A stretch of 27,410 nt of DNA, from IMG/VR virus record IMGVR_UViG_3300016263_001109, positions 1 through 27,410 of that record; one strand, given 5' to 3'. The notes beneath the pieces were generated by a model. The model made no database searches. It had not been told where the DNA came from and saw only the letters and a program-made list of their open reading frames with translations. This stretch comes from a virus. Lineage: Duplodnaviria; Caudoviricetes. Made by a program: the position numbers and the translations under genes. Positions 9,701-16,893 of this stretch are shown here, one piece after another (within the stretch, counting starts at the first letter, position 1; the number at the start of each line of letters is the position of its first letter).

Positions 9701-10886
9701 GTACGTCAACGAAAGCGTTGCTAATCCCTCGCCGCCGCTGTACGAAAAGCTATCCCTCGCGGGCCTGGTGCTGAAAGCCAGCCGTAACTTCACCGCGATT
9801 GATCAGGTCCGCTGCTGGCTCGCAAACGGCATTGAAGTCCAACGCTTTCTGCCCTCAGAAGCCGCAACCATCGGTCCCAGCAACAAATTTACCGATTTGG
9901 TCTATTACCTGTTGACCGACAAAACGGCTGGTGCTGGCGGCGTCATCAGCCCCGACCTGATCGAAACCGCAGACCTCGCCAACACAGCCACTTTCCTGGA
10001 GCAAAACAAGTTGTTCTTTGATGGTGCGCTGGATTCGCCGGTCAACCTGCGGCAGTTCATCGCAGACACCGCACCGTATTTCCTGTGCTCGTTTGTGATC
10101 AGTAACGGCAAATTCAGCCTCGTGCCTGCCGTTCCGCATGACACCACCGGCACCATCGTCGACACACCGATCCAGATCCAAGCGCTGTTCACCTCGGGCA
10201 ACATCATCGAGGACAGTTTCTCGGTGGAATACCTGCAGACCGAAGAGCGCAAGGATTTCCAGTCGATCGTTCGTTATCGCAAGGAACGCAAAAACCAGCT
10301 ACCGGAGGAGGCAACCCTCAGCGTGCGCTGGGCAGAAGCCGGAAGCGACACTTACCCCATCGAATCCTTCGACCTGACGCAGTTCTGCACATCACGCGAT
10401 CACGCCTTTCTCGTGGCGCGTTATTTCATGAGCATCCGCCGCCGCGTCACCCACTCGGTCCGCTTCAAAACCACGCCGTATGGCATCTCGCTGTCGCCTG
10501 GTGACTACATCCGTGTGCTGACTGAAGCCAGCCCGTACCAACCTGCCAACAACGGCGTGATCGACGCAGACGGCGACATCACCGCAGCCACCACCATCAC
10601 CGATGGCAGCTACGAAATCCTGTACTACACCTCAAGCAACGAGGAAGTAAAGACCGCAACGCTGACCGTGGCCGCTGGCAAAGCTGTTCAGCCCAGCCTG
10701 TTCAACACGATCTTCACCATCAACTCCCCGACGATCTCCAGTAACACCTACATGGTGGAGCAACTCACGCTTGATTCGGACGGCTTGGTGGAAGTGTTGG
10801 CGACCGAGTTCCCAACCACCGACACATACAACAGCTTGGTGGCTCAGGATTTGCTGAGTACCGGTAGCTTTACAACAGAGGGCTAA
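6648..10886 (+). CDS. Tail tip / host-specificity protein (gpJ-like); exact start uncertain
   Basis: 1412 aa, with 'SYLLTPKPK...LANYGDPIPVIFG' near the N-terminus and 'FTSGNIIEDSF' and 'LSPGDYIRV' near the C-terminus, as in tail-tip proteins. Confidence 0.85.
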   Translation: MAERDFVHLPSPVKGELVPAAKQTTLPLLPFERDLIAALGCSEEEYKKFQQEMLWRSRVRPAQYNHVPDIQNGPALVPILVNLAVGLALTGISYLLTPKPKAPGETREIRQRQLRSRRGGDRFSATSGFDSIADLANYGDPIPVIFGKYTGTTGGILAAPRLVWSRAFSLGSQQAIKLLMVVGEQGLGNGLPVPDLNGIFLGTTPLDSVYAHTFAFYWKRNSNQVYRMVAGNGRYGTRGGLAAGDIENNDDIYLCPTRNAAADTGFCQAYTPSSSTQFGVYSAIPNATNYRVNWKVVAIPRLEGKNTDDADNDPGRALLMERIKIAGDYGYRGDNDATTNWVDIIKEGQKGVGRNYSRRMGITLVNNTPANGETEVRQVSVGSTARFSIVPGKIAKNIYYFQQTKSTQVDDINSEVLDGQEAADDMLQIGETVMIGRTVWVVTNRLLPIYDGSARQEIDLRCVEIFGKGPESASIGLVSERMVTRGIYNDDNGTTNARNALGLNAGTNFYPLLRVAIGVVRNTRACDVTEIGIRSQVWQKANGLCNFASLPNPEELRRAENNQVSLQSGTMNIYMRRTSAFAVFLRPAGTDEQGSEYRWEPLGQTFCISGQTPQDQFNYLRLTHPQQRQFEYKLVPNSGADIARRFPDDTRLLVLDAKNGGPIGATYSTPYGTFTVNTTGNYTLAKTIKFNRQMATAAQTTEERLNATIPSAVEIDSYLPDIEDPTVQATRVSFFDWLPDSASVGRAGATFYEMFGQASQYGLVRTYERNINLGDGRTITVRFTGIVNQTYPADHPYFPGFRAWSFQNIEVLASSGGFNTSQVFNAQIPVTPGNPRAQPYGLTVCGVRLVVDATSANLTPQGRQSGWEYETLGNQQSYPLGTTRSATITGTSTAGNTITVTVTGTVVTRPATNQDVFPGQTQAWENVTYTVVPSGTSGTWSKGELVDITYAVSGSNPFRKPGTRVGIRLRTLGIQTLNILPTVTAERIFEENSGVADLSFYNSLLTKSNESAPEHEVVYVNESVANPSPPLYEKLSLAGLVLKASRNFTAIDQVRCWLANGIEVQRFLPSEAATIGPSNKFTDLVYYLLTDKTAGAGGVISPDLIETADLANTATFLEQNKLFFDGALDSPVNLRQFIADTAPYFLCSFVISNGKFSLVPAVPHDTTGTIVDTPIQIQALFTSGNIIEDSFSVEYLQTEERKDFQSIVRYRKERKNQLPEEATLSVRWAEAGSDTYPIESFDLTQFCTSRDHAFLVARYFMSIRRRVTHSVRFKTTPYGISLSPGDYIRVLTEASPYQPANNGVIDADGDITAATTITDGSYEILYYTSSNEEVKTATLTVAAGKAVQPSLFNTIFTINSPTISSNTYMVEQLTLDSDGLVEVLATEFPTTDTYNSLVAQDLLSTGSFTTEG

Positions 10887-10889
10887 ACA

Positions 10890-11264
10890 ATGGCTTTTCC
10901 TACGCTGACTCCATCCAGCCGTAATTACGCCTCGGGTGATTACCCGGTCAAGACATTTCGCGCACAATCAGGCGCAGAATCACGCATCCTTTACGGCAGT
11001 CGTCGCACTGGCATGACGCTGGATCTGCAGTACGACAACATCACCGACGCCAACGCCGAACTGTTCCTCGATCACTACGACGAAACAAAAGGCACGTACA
11101 CAACATTTACGTTGCCCACTGTTGCGTTGACCGGCTGGAGCGGAAACAAGGATGCGATTGATGTTGCCACCGGAAATGCGTGGCGTTATGACGGGCCACC
11201 TCAAATCACGAATGTGCGCCCTGGTGTCAGCTCGGTGCAAATCAAGCTGATCGGTGTTCTTTAG
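10890..11264 (+). CDS. Distal-tail-like minor tail protein (gpM-like)
   Basis: 'F..QSGAESRI...L.LQY.NI.DA.A..F.DHY....GTY.TF' pattern. Confidence 0.6.
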   Translation: MAFPTLTPSSRNYASGDYPVKTFRAQSGAESRILYGSRRTGMTLDLQYDNITDANAELFLDHYDETKGTYTTFTLPTVALTGWSGNKDAIDVATGNAWRYDGPPQITNVRPGVSSVQIKLIGVL

Positions 11265-11267
11265 ACT
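11262..11267 (+). promoter_or_regulatory. Putative -10 box (TAGACT) formed on the upstream TAG stop
   Basis: 23 nt before ATG 11285. A GGAGG Shine-Dalgarno lies between them. Confidence 0.45.
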
Positions 11268-11284
11268 GATCTGGGAGGTTCGTC

Positions 11285-11713
11285 ATGGCAAAGGTTTACA
11301 CAGGACGCGACGGCAGATTGCTGCTCGCCGGCACCACGCTGGTCAAAGTATCCAACTGGAGCCTGCAGGCTGACGTCGAAGTACTGGAAACGACGACCCT
11401 CGGTGACTACGCCCGTAGCTACACGCCCGGCATCCAATCCTTCAGCGGAAGCGCCACGCTGCTGTACTACAAATCTGACGCTGGCACCAACGACGCCTCC
11501 ACGCTGCTGCGCAAAGTCGTCAATACCACCGGCGTTGCATCTGCCGACACCGTGCAGTTGACCCTGCGGTTAAACGACGGCGACACCAACGACGATGTGA
11601 CCCTTACCGGCTACATCACTAGCGCCAGCTTTGGTGCGAGCGTCGGCGAGGTGACTTCTGCGCAGATCAGCTTCCAAGCCACTGGCGCACTGACGACCGC
11701 CTCCCTGCCATGA
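11285..11713 (+). CDS. Tail-tube-like minor protein
   Basis: 'YTGRDG...KVSNWSLQADVEVLETTTLGD..RSY.PGI.SFSGSATL' tube motif. GGAGG ribosome-binding site. Confidence 0.75.
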   Translation: MAKVYTGRDGRLLLAGTTLVKVSNWSLQADVEVLETTTLGDYARSYTPGIQSFSGSATLLYYKSDAGTNDASTLLRKVVNTTGVASADTVQLTLRLNDGDTNDDVTLTGYITSASFGASVGEVTSAQISFQATGALTTASLP

Positions 11714-12603
11714 CGGTTTACCTCGGTCTTTACGGCAGCGTTTACCTGAAGCGCAAAGGCGAAGCCACCAATAAGGCATCCGTCGTTGATCCGGCAGACG
11801 TCAACGCATCCCGCCGCCGGTTCTCGTTTGACTTTGATGCTGGCTTTTTGGTCAGCGGCGATCAGATCGAGATCACCAGCACCAACGGCGCCAACCTTGC
11901 TTTTGTAACCAGCGCAGGCTGGGTCGATGGAACGGTTCAGTCTTCCGGCAAGTGGTTTATCAATGTGGATGAGCTGGGCGGCATCCGGCTTTACGACACC
12001 TTTGCCGAGTCCCTTACTGGCGAACCATCTGCTGCAATCCCACTGGCGGACATCGCCACTGCCATCCCCATCACCGTCAAGGTTGCAAACATCACCTCGC
12101 ACATGCTGGGGCAAGTCATCAGCTACGAGCTGAATACAAATAGAGAAACCGCTGATATCACCACGCTTTCGGATGAGTTCCGGCAGCAGTACAGCACCTT
12201 GATGAGCGGCTCCGGTCAGCTCACCGCGCAGTGGGACTACCTCGACGCCCAACAAGCTGGCACGCAGGAAGCGCCGCACTACCTGTTGCAGCTAGCAGTC
12301 CGCACCGAGATCGGCTCGCAGTTTTCCGCCAAGTTCTACCTCAAGAGCCCCGACACCCCAGCGGATCAATCCTTCGCCTACGAGGACTCCATCTGGTACG
12401 AGGTGGACGGGATTATTACGCAGGCGGGCGTTAGTTTTGCCGCCGATAGTGTTGTCCAAGTTGTCGCGGACTTCATCACAACCGGGCCCATCCGTATCCG
12501 AGCGCGGCTGGCATCAGAAGATCGACTACGGCAAGAAAGTGGCGGGTTTATGGAGCTGGATCAGGATCCTGATTCGTTCCTGTTGCTCGACAGGGCTCAG
12601 TAA
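11710..12603 (+). CDS. Second tail-tube-like structural protein with an inserted domain
   Basis: 'LGQVISYELNTNRETADITTLSDEFR....LMSGSG' aligns with the major tube motif. ATGA overlap. Confidence 0.65.
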   Translation: MTVYLGLYGSVYLKRKGEATNKASVVDPADVNASRRRFSFDFDAGFLVSGDQIEITSTNGANLAFVTSAGWVDGTVQSSGKWFINVDELGGIRLYDTFAESLTGEPSAAIPLADIATAIPITVKVANITSHMLGQVISYELNTNRETADITTLSDEFRQQYSTLMSGSGQLTAQWDYLDAQQAGTQEAPHYLLQLAVRTEIGSQFSAKFYLKSPDTPADQSFAYEDSIWYEVDGIITQAGVSFAADSVVQVVADFITTGPIRIRARLASEDRLRQESGGFMELDQDPDSFLLLDRAQ

Positions 12604-12606
12604 ACT
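12601..12606 (+). promoter_or_regulatory. Putative -10 box (TAAACT) formed on the upstream TAA stop
   Basis: 27 nt before ATG 12628. Confidence 0.5.
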
Positions 12607-12627
12607 GACACTACGGATGTAGCGACC

Positions 12628-15102
12628 ATGGCTGACCTTCGCATTTCGGAATTAGTCACGCTTGCGGGGTCCAGTCTTGCCGCTAACGATCTCCTGCCGA
12701 TTGTTGATAGCAGCGCAAGCGAAACCAAGAAAATTAGCGTTACAGACCTGCTGGGTAACGGCTCCACCCTGATTCCTGACGCCACCATTCCGGGCGCCAA
12801 GATCCTGTTTGGCTCGCAGGAAATCCCCGGCGGCGCACTGGTTAACGGTGCTGTTGGTTCGACGCAGATTGCATCCGGCGCCGTCCACGCCTCGAAGCTG
12901 GCCGCCAACTCCACTGCCCAAGTCGTCACCTCGCTGCCCGTCACTGGCGCTTACACCGGTCAGCTCGCTGTTGAGACTTCGACCAACAAGGCATACGTCT
13001 GGAACGGCAGCACTTGGGTCAGCTTCAAGGCTGCTGGCTCGATTAACCAGCTCGTTGCCACTGCTGGCGGTCCTGTTCAGATCAACGTCAGCACGGTTGG
13101 TGATGTCGCCACGCTGACCGTCAACCCAGCCAACACCCCAACAGGCGGCATTTTCCTCGCTGGTCCTGCCGGTAGTGGTGGTGCTGTTTCGGGTCGCGCC
13201 ATTGTTGGTACTGACCTGCCGATTGCCAGCAACGTCGCCCGTGGTGGGGTGATCGTTAATGGTCAAGGGCTGCGAATGAATAGCAGCACCATCGAGATCG
13301 ACGCCGACGTTTCCGCCACTGCCACCTACTCGGTGGTGACGCATAACGCCAAAGGCTTGATCACTGCCAGCCGTGCGATCACTGCAGCGGACATGCCGGC
13401 TGCAACTGCTGGCGCCAAAGGTGCTGTGCTGCCTGGCACTGGTCTGAGCGTGACCGGTGCTGGCGCACTGAACCACACCAACGCCGTCACTTCGGGCACC
13501 GCAACCAAGGTCAGCTTCGACTCGCAGGGTCACATCACCGGATCCAGCGCCCTTACCGCAAGCGACATCCCGGAACTGCCGGCTGAAAAGCTGACAAGTG
13601 GCGTGATCAGCGGCTCGGTGTTTGGCACCAAGTCCATCGCCGGCACCAAACTGGCAGACAACAGCGTTACCAAGATCGGTGGCGCGAGCAGCACTGCAGG
13701 AATTGTTCCTTTCCCAACGGCTGATTACTCCGGTCAGTTTTTCTTTGATGCACTAAACGGTGATTTATACCTATGGGATGGATCAGCATGGCAGCCGGTC
13801 ACCATTACCAGCGGTGAACTTGTTTATGCCGGAACGTATAACGCCAGCACCAACCTCGTTGCTTCAGTAACAACTGCGGGCTCTGGCGCCGGACTTACTG
13901 CGGGCGCTGCTCTGCCCGTAGCATCAACGCAAAATAACCGCTATTACCTCGTTGTCATTAACAGTGGCACCGGTAGTGGTAATGCTCCTGCCGTAGGTCT
14001 GCAGGCGCCTGATTATCTGTTGTCTAACGGCACCGCTTGGACATGGATTGATGTGTCGGGCACGATTGCTGCCCAGACTGCCAACAACATTACGTTTACG
14101 CCTGGCGGCACCATTAGCGCTACCAACGTTCAAGCTGCACTTGATGAACTTGGCACAGAGAAACTTGATAAAACCGGCGGCACAATTACCGGCAACCTTG
14201 AGATTGGCACCACCGGCAGCCTGACCTGGGAAGGCTCTACTGCTGATGCGAACGAGACCACACTTACTGTCGTTGATCCCACCGCTGACCGGACAATCAC
14301 GCTGCCTGATCGCAGCGGCACCGTCATCACGTCTGGCGATACTGGCACCGTCACCAACACAATGTTGGCGGGCAGTATTGCTTACAGCAAGCTCAGCCTG
14401 AGCACCAGCATCGTTAACGCTGACATTGCCACTGGCGCAGCGATTGCATACAGCAAACTAAACCTTGCCGGTAGCGTCACAAATGCAGATATTGCCTCTG
14501 CTACAGGTATTGCATACAGCAAACTTAACCTTACTGGCAGCATCGTTAATGGCGATATTGCTAGCAATCAAATTACCTATGACAAATTAAGTCTAAAACC
14601 AGGAGGAGTCGGGACGATTGTTGACGGTGACATCAGCGCATCTGCAGCGATTGCCGACAGCAAACTTGCCACCATCAGCACTGCAGGCAAGGTCAGCGGC
14701 GGCGCCATCACCAGCGGCACGATTGGCGGCAGCACTGCCATCAACATTACCGGCACGATCACCACCTCGGGCGTCATTACCGACGGCACGGGCAATATCC
14801 GCCGCATCCCGCAAAACGCCCAAACCGCCGCTTATACCCTCGTTGCTGCAGACGTCGGCAAACACATCAGCATCACAACGGGTGGCATCACCGTGCCCGC
14901 CTCGGTATTCAGCATTGGCGACAACGTAACCATCTTCAATAACAGCGCCAGCAATCAAACAATCACTCAAGGTGCTGGCGTGACGTTGCGATCTGGTGGT
15001 TCAACTGCCACCGGCAACCGTACACTTGCTGGATACGGCGTCGCCACAGTGTTGTGCGTTGCGGCTGACGTCTTCGTGATCACTGGTACGGGTCTGACCT
15101 GA
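12628..15102 (+). CDS. Tail fibre protein 1
   Basis: 824 aa, Gly/Thr/Ala/Ser-rich. N-terminal 'MADLRISEL...DLLPIVD....TKKI', two 'WNGSTW/WDGSAW' knobs, shaft repeats and C-terminal 'QTAAYTLVAADVGKHI' domain. Confidence 0.85.
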   Translation: MADLRISELVTLAGSSLAANDLLPIVDSSASETKKISVTDLLGNGSTLIPDATIPGAKILFGSQEIPGGALVNGAVGSTQIASGAVHASKLAANSTAQVVTSLPVTGAYTGQLAVETSTNKAYVWNGSTWVSFKAAGSINQLVATAGGPVQINVSTVGDVATLTVNPANTPTGGIFLAGPAGSGGAVSGRAIVGTDLPIASNVARGGVIVNGQGLRMNSSTIEIDADVSATATYSVVTHNAKGLITASRAITAADMPAATAGAKGAVLPGTGLSVTGAGALNHTNAVTSGTATKVSFDSQGHITGSSALTASDIPELPAEKLTSGVISGSVFGTKSIAGTKLADNSVTKIGGASSTAGIVPFPTADYSGQFFFDALNGDLYLWDGSAWQPVTITSGELVYAGTYNASTNLVASVTTAGSGAGLTAGAALPVASTQNNRYYLVVINSGTGSGNAPAVGLQAPDYLLSNGTAWTWIDVSGTIAAQTANNITFTPGGTISATNVQAALDELGTEKLDKTGGTITGNLEIGTTGSLTWEGSTADANETTLTVVDPTADRTITLPDRSGTVITSGDTGTVTNTMLAGSIAYSKLSLSTSIVNADIATGAAIAYSKLNLAGSVTNADIASATGIAYSKLNLTGSIVNGDIASNQITYDKLSLKPGGVGTIVDGDISASAAIADSKLATISTAGKVSGGAITSGTIGGSTAINITGTITTSGVITDGTGNIRRIPQNAQTAAYTLVAADVGKHISITTGGITVPASVFSIGDNVTIFNNSASNQTITQGAGVTLRSGGSTATGNRTLAGYGVATVLCVAADVFVITGTGLT
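14377..14670 (+). repeat. 22-aa (66-nt) IAYSKLxL..SIxNADI shaft repeats in fibre 1
   Basis: IAYSKL starts at 14377, 14443 and 14509, followed by degenerate copies ITYDKL and IADSKL. Confidence 0.85.
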
Positions 15103-15914
15103 TGTCTAACCAGGAAATGCTTCTGGGGGGCGGGTTTAGCGCCATACCCCCATTCTCCGCAACCGGCGGCACGATTACTACGATTGGCGCTTACACAGTT
15201 CATAAATTTACGTCTAGCGGAACATTTGCTGTCACCAATGCTCCTGTAGGTTTTACTGTTGATTACCAAGTAACTGCAGGTGGAGGCGGGGGATCCGATG
15301 CCGGTGGTGGAGGTGGCGGAGGTGGTAGTCGTCTCGGTTTGGGATTTAGCGTTTCAAGTGGTTCTTATGCCATAACGGTGGGCGCCGGCGGCACTGGGAG
15401 TCCGAATAGCGGCACCGAATCGACCAATGGAGGCAACAGTGTATTTAGCACTATCACTGCCACTGGCGGAGGTAGAGGCGGATCGCAAATAAACAAAAGT
15501 GGTAGTAGCGGAGGTTCAGGTGGCGGCGCGTGTACTTTTGGCGGCATCGTTGGCTCTTTTGGTACCGGTATTGCAGGACAAGGAAATTCAGGCGGTGATT
15601 CTTGGGATCGTGGTGGTTCCACCGTTGGTGGTGGCGGTGGCGGGGGGTATTCAGGGAATGGCGGAAGTGCGTCCGCAAGTCAAGCGGGCAATGGTGGCAT
15701 TGGACTAACTAATGATTTTGATGGAACGAGTAGAGGGTATTCCGGTGGTGGTGCTGGTGATGCCCCATTTCTCGGAACTACCGACGGCACAGCTTCGCAA
15801 GGCGGTGGTACAGAATCCAATCCCAATGGAGCCACAAACACCGGTGGCGGTGGATGTAACGGAGGCAATGGCGGTTCAGGCATCGTAATTATTCGCTACG
15901 TCACTCCAACCTGA
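15102..15914 (+). CDS. Glycine-rich virion protein, putative fibre-tip adhesin
   Basis: 'ATGGTIT...YTVHKFTSSGTF' start, many poly-Gly runs, ends 'GGSGIVIIRY'. TGATG-coupled to fibre 1. Confidence 0.75.
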   Translation: MSNQEMLLGGGFSAIPPFSATGGTITTIGAYTVHKFTSSGTFAVTNAPVGFTVDYQVTAGGGGGSDAGGGGGGGGSRLGLGFSVSSGSYAITVGAGGTGSPNSGTESTNGGNSVFSTITATGGGRGGSQINKSGSSGGSGGGACTFGGIVGSFGTGIAGQGNSGGDSWDRGGSTVGGGGGGGYSGNGGSASASQAGNGGIGLTNDFDGTSRGYSGGGAGDAPFLGTTDGTASQGGGTESNPNGATNTGGGGCNGGNGGSGIVIIRYVTPT

Positions 15915-16273
15915 TGGCACACTTTGCTCAACTCGACGCTGACAACATCGTTCAGCAGGTCATCGTTATCAATAACAGCGATATCCTCGACGAACACGGC
16001 GACGAGTCCGAAGCCGTTGGCATTGCGTTCTGCCAGTCGCTCTACGGCGCTGAAACGATCTGGCGGCAAACCTCGTACAACGGCACATTCCGCAAAAACT
16101 ACGCCGGCACCGGCTACCGCTACGACGCCGACCTCGATGCCTTTATCTCGCCACAGCCGTATTTGAGCTGGAGCTTGAACACCACAACCTGCAAATGGGA
16201 GGCGCCAAAGCCTTATCCCGAAGATGGTCGCGTCTATTGGTGGGACGAAAGCTTGCTGCGCTGGGTTGCTTAA
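15914..16273 (+). CDS. Small phage protein (MAHFAQLD.../WRQTSYN.../FRKNYAG), likely fibre-associated
   Basis: 119 aa, TGATG-coupled to the Gly-rich gene. The motif type is familiar next to Gly-rich tail genes; function unknown. Confidence 0.7.
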   Translation: MAHFAQLDADNIVQQVIVINNSDILDEHGDESEAVGIAFCQSLYGAETIWRQTSYNGTFRKNYAGTGYRYDADLDAFISPQPYLSWSLNTTTCKWEAPKPYPEDGRVYWWDESLLRWVA

Positions 16274-16276
16274 ACT
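16271..16276 (+). promoter_or_regulatory. Putative -10 box (TAAACT) formed on the upstream TAA stop
   Basis: 37 nt before GTG 16308. Confidence 0.45.
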
Positions 16277-16307
16277 GGGGTAACTCCTGCCCTGCGGAGA
16301 TGCTCCG

Positions 16308-16889
16308 GTGATTGAGCCCGCCTCATACGACATTACGGTCTACCAAAACGCAACATGGAAGACCGTATTTCGAGCCACGTTGGATCGGCAGACCGTCACC
16401 GTTGACGTAGCAACAGCACTGTTCAGCGCACCTTGCCATGGGCTCGTCGCTAACGACAAGGTGGTGTTTACTGCCTCTGCAGGTGCAACACTCCCCTGCG
16501 GTCTGACTCCTAACACGATTTACTACGTGATCAGCACCGGGCTAACCACTGGTGCGTTCAAGGTTTCAACCACACTCGGTGGCGCCTCGATCACGCTGAC
16601 GGGTTCCATGACTGGCACGCTGTACGTTGCCAAGCCGATGGACCTAACCGGTTACGTCGTTGATGCGGACATCAAAGGGCTGATTGATGGCGCAGCGATT
16701 GGGACGTTTACACCCACGATTACAGATGCCGTCAACGGTGCTTTTCAGTTGGTACTGACGCCCGCTACCACGGTGGGATTTAGTACGGGGCGTTATGGCT
16801 ATGACGTGAGTCTGACCAGTAGCGGCGGCGAACGGTATTACTGGCTGACCGGCGTGTTGACTGTCGAAAAAACCTACTCGCGGACCTGA
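16308..16889 (+). CDS. Putative baseplate / fibre-attachment beta-sandwich protein with an inserted domain
   Basis: 'YDITVYQNATW ... MDLTGY...G.F.L.LT...T....GRYGYDV.L.......WL.G.LTV' pattern, split by a roughly 75-aa insert. Confidence 0.6.
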   Translation: MIEPASYDITVYQNATWKTVFRATLDRQTVTVDVATALFSAPCHGLVANDKVVFTASAGATLPCGLTPNTIYYVISTGLTTGAFKVSTTLGGASITLTGSMTGTLYVAKPMDLTGYVVDADIKGLIDGAAIGTFTPTITDAVNGAFQLVLTPATTVGFSTGRYGYDVSLTSSGGERYYWLTGVLTVEKTYSRT

Positions 16890-16893
16890 TCCA

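Noticed and set aside
14377-14670. Regularly spaced repeats as a possible CRISPR array
   Set aside because: They are in-frame, degenerate at synonymous sites and encode a protein repeat. No cas genes are present.
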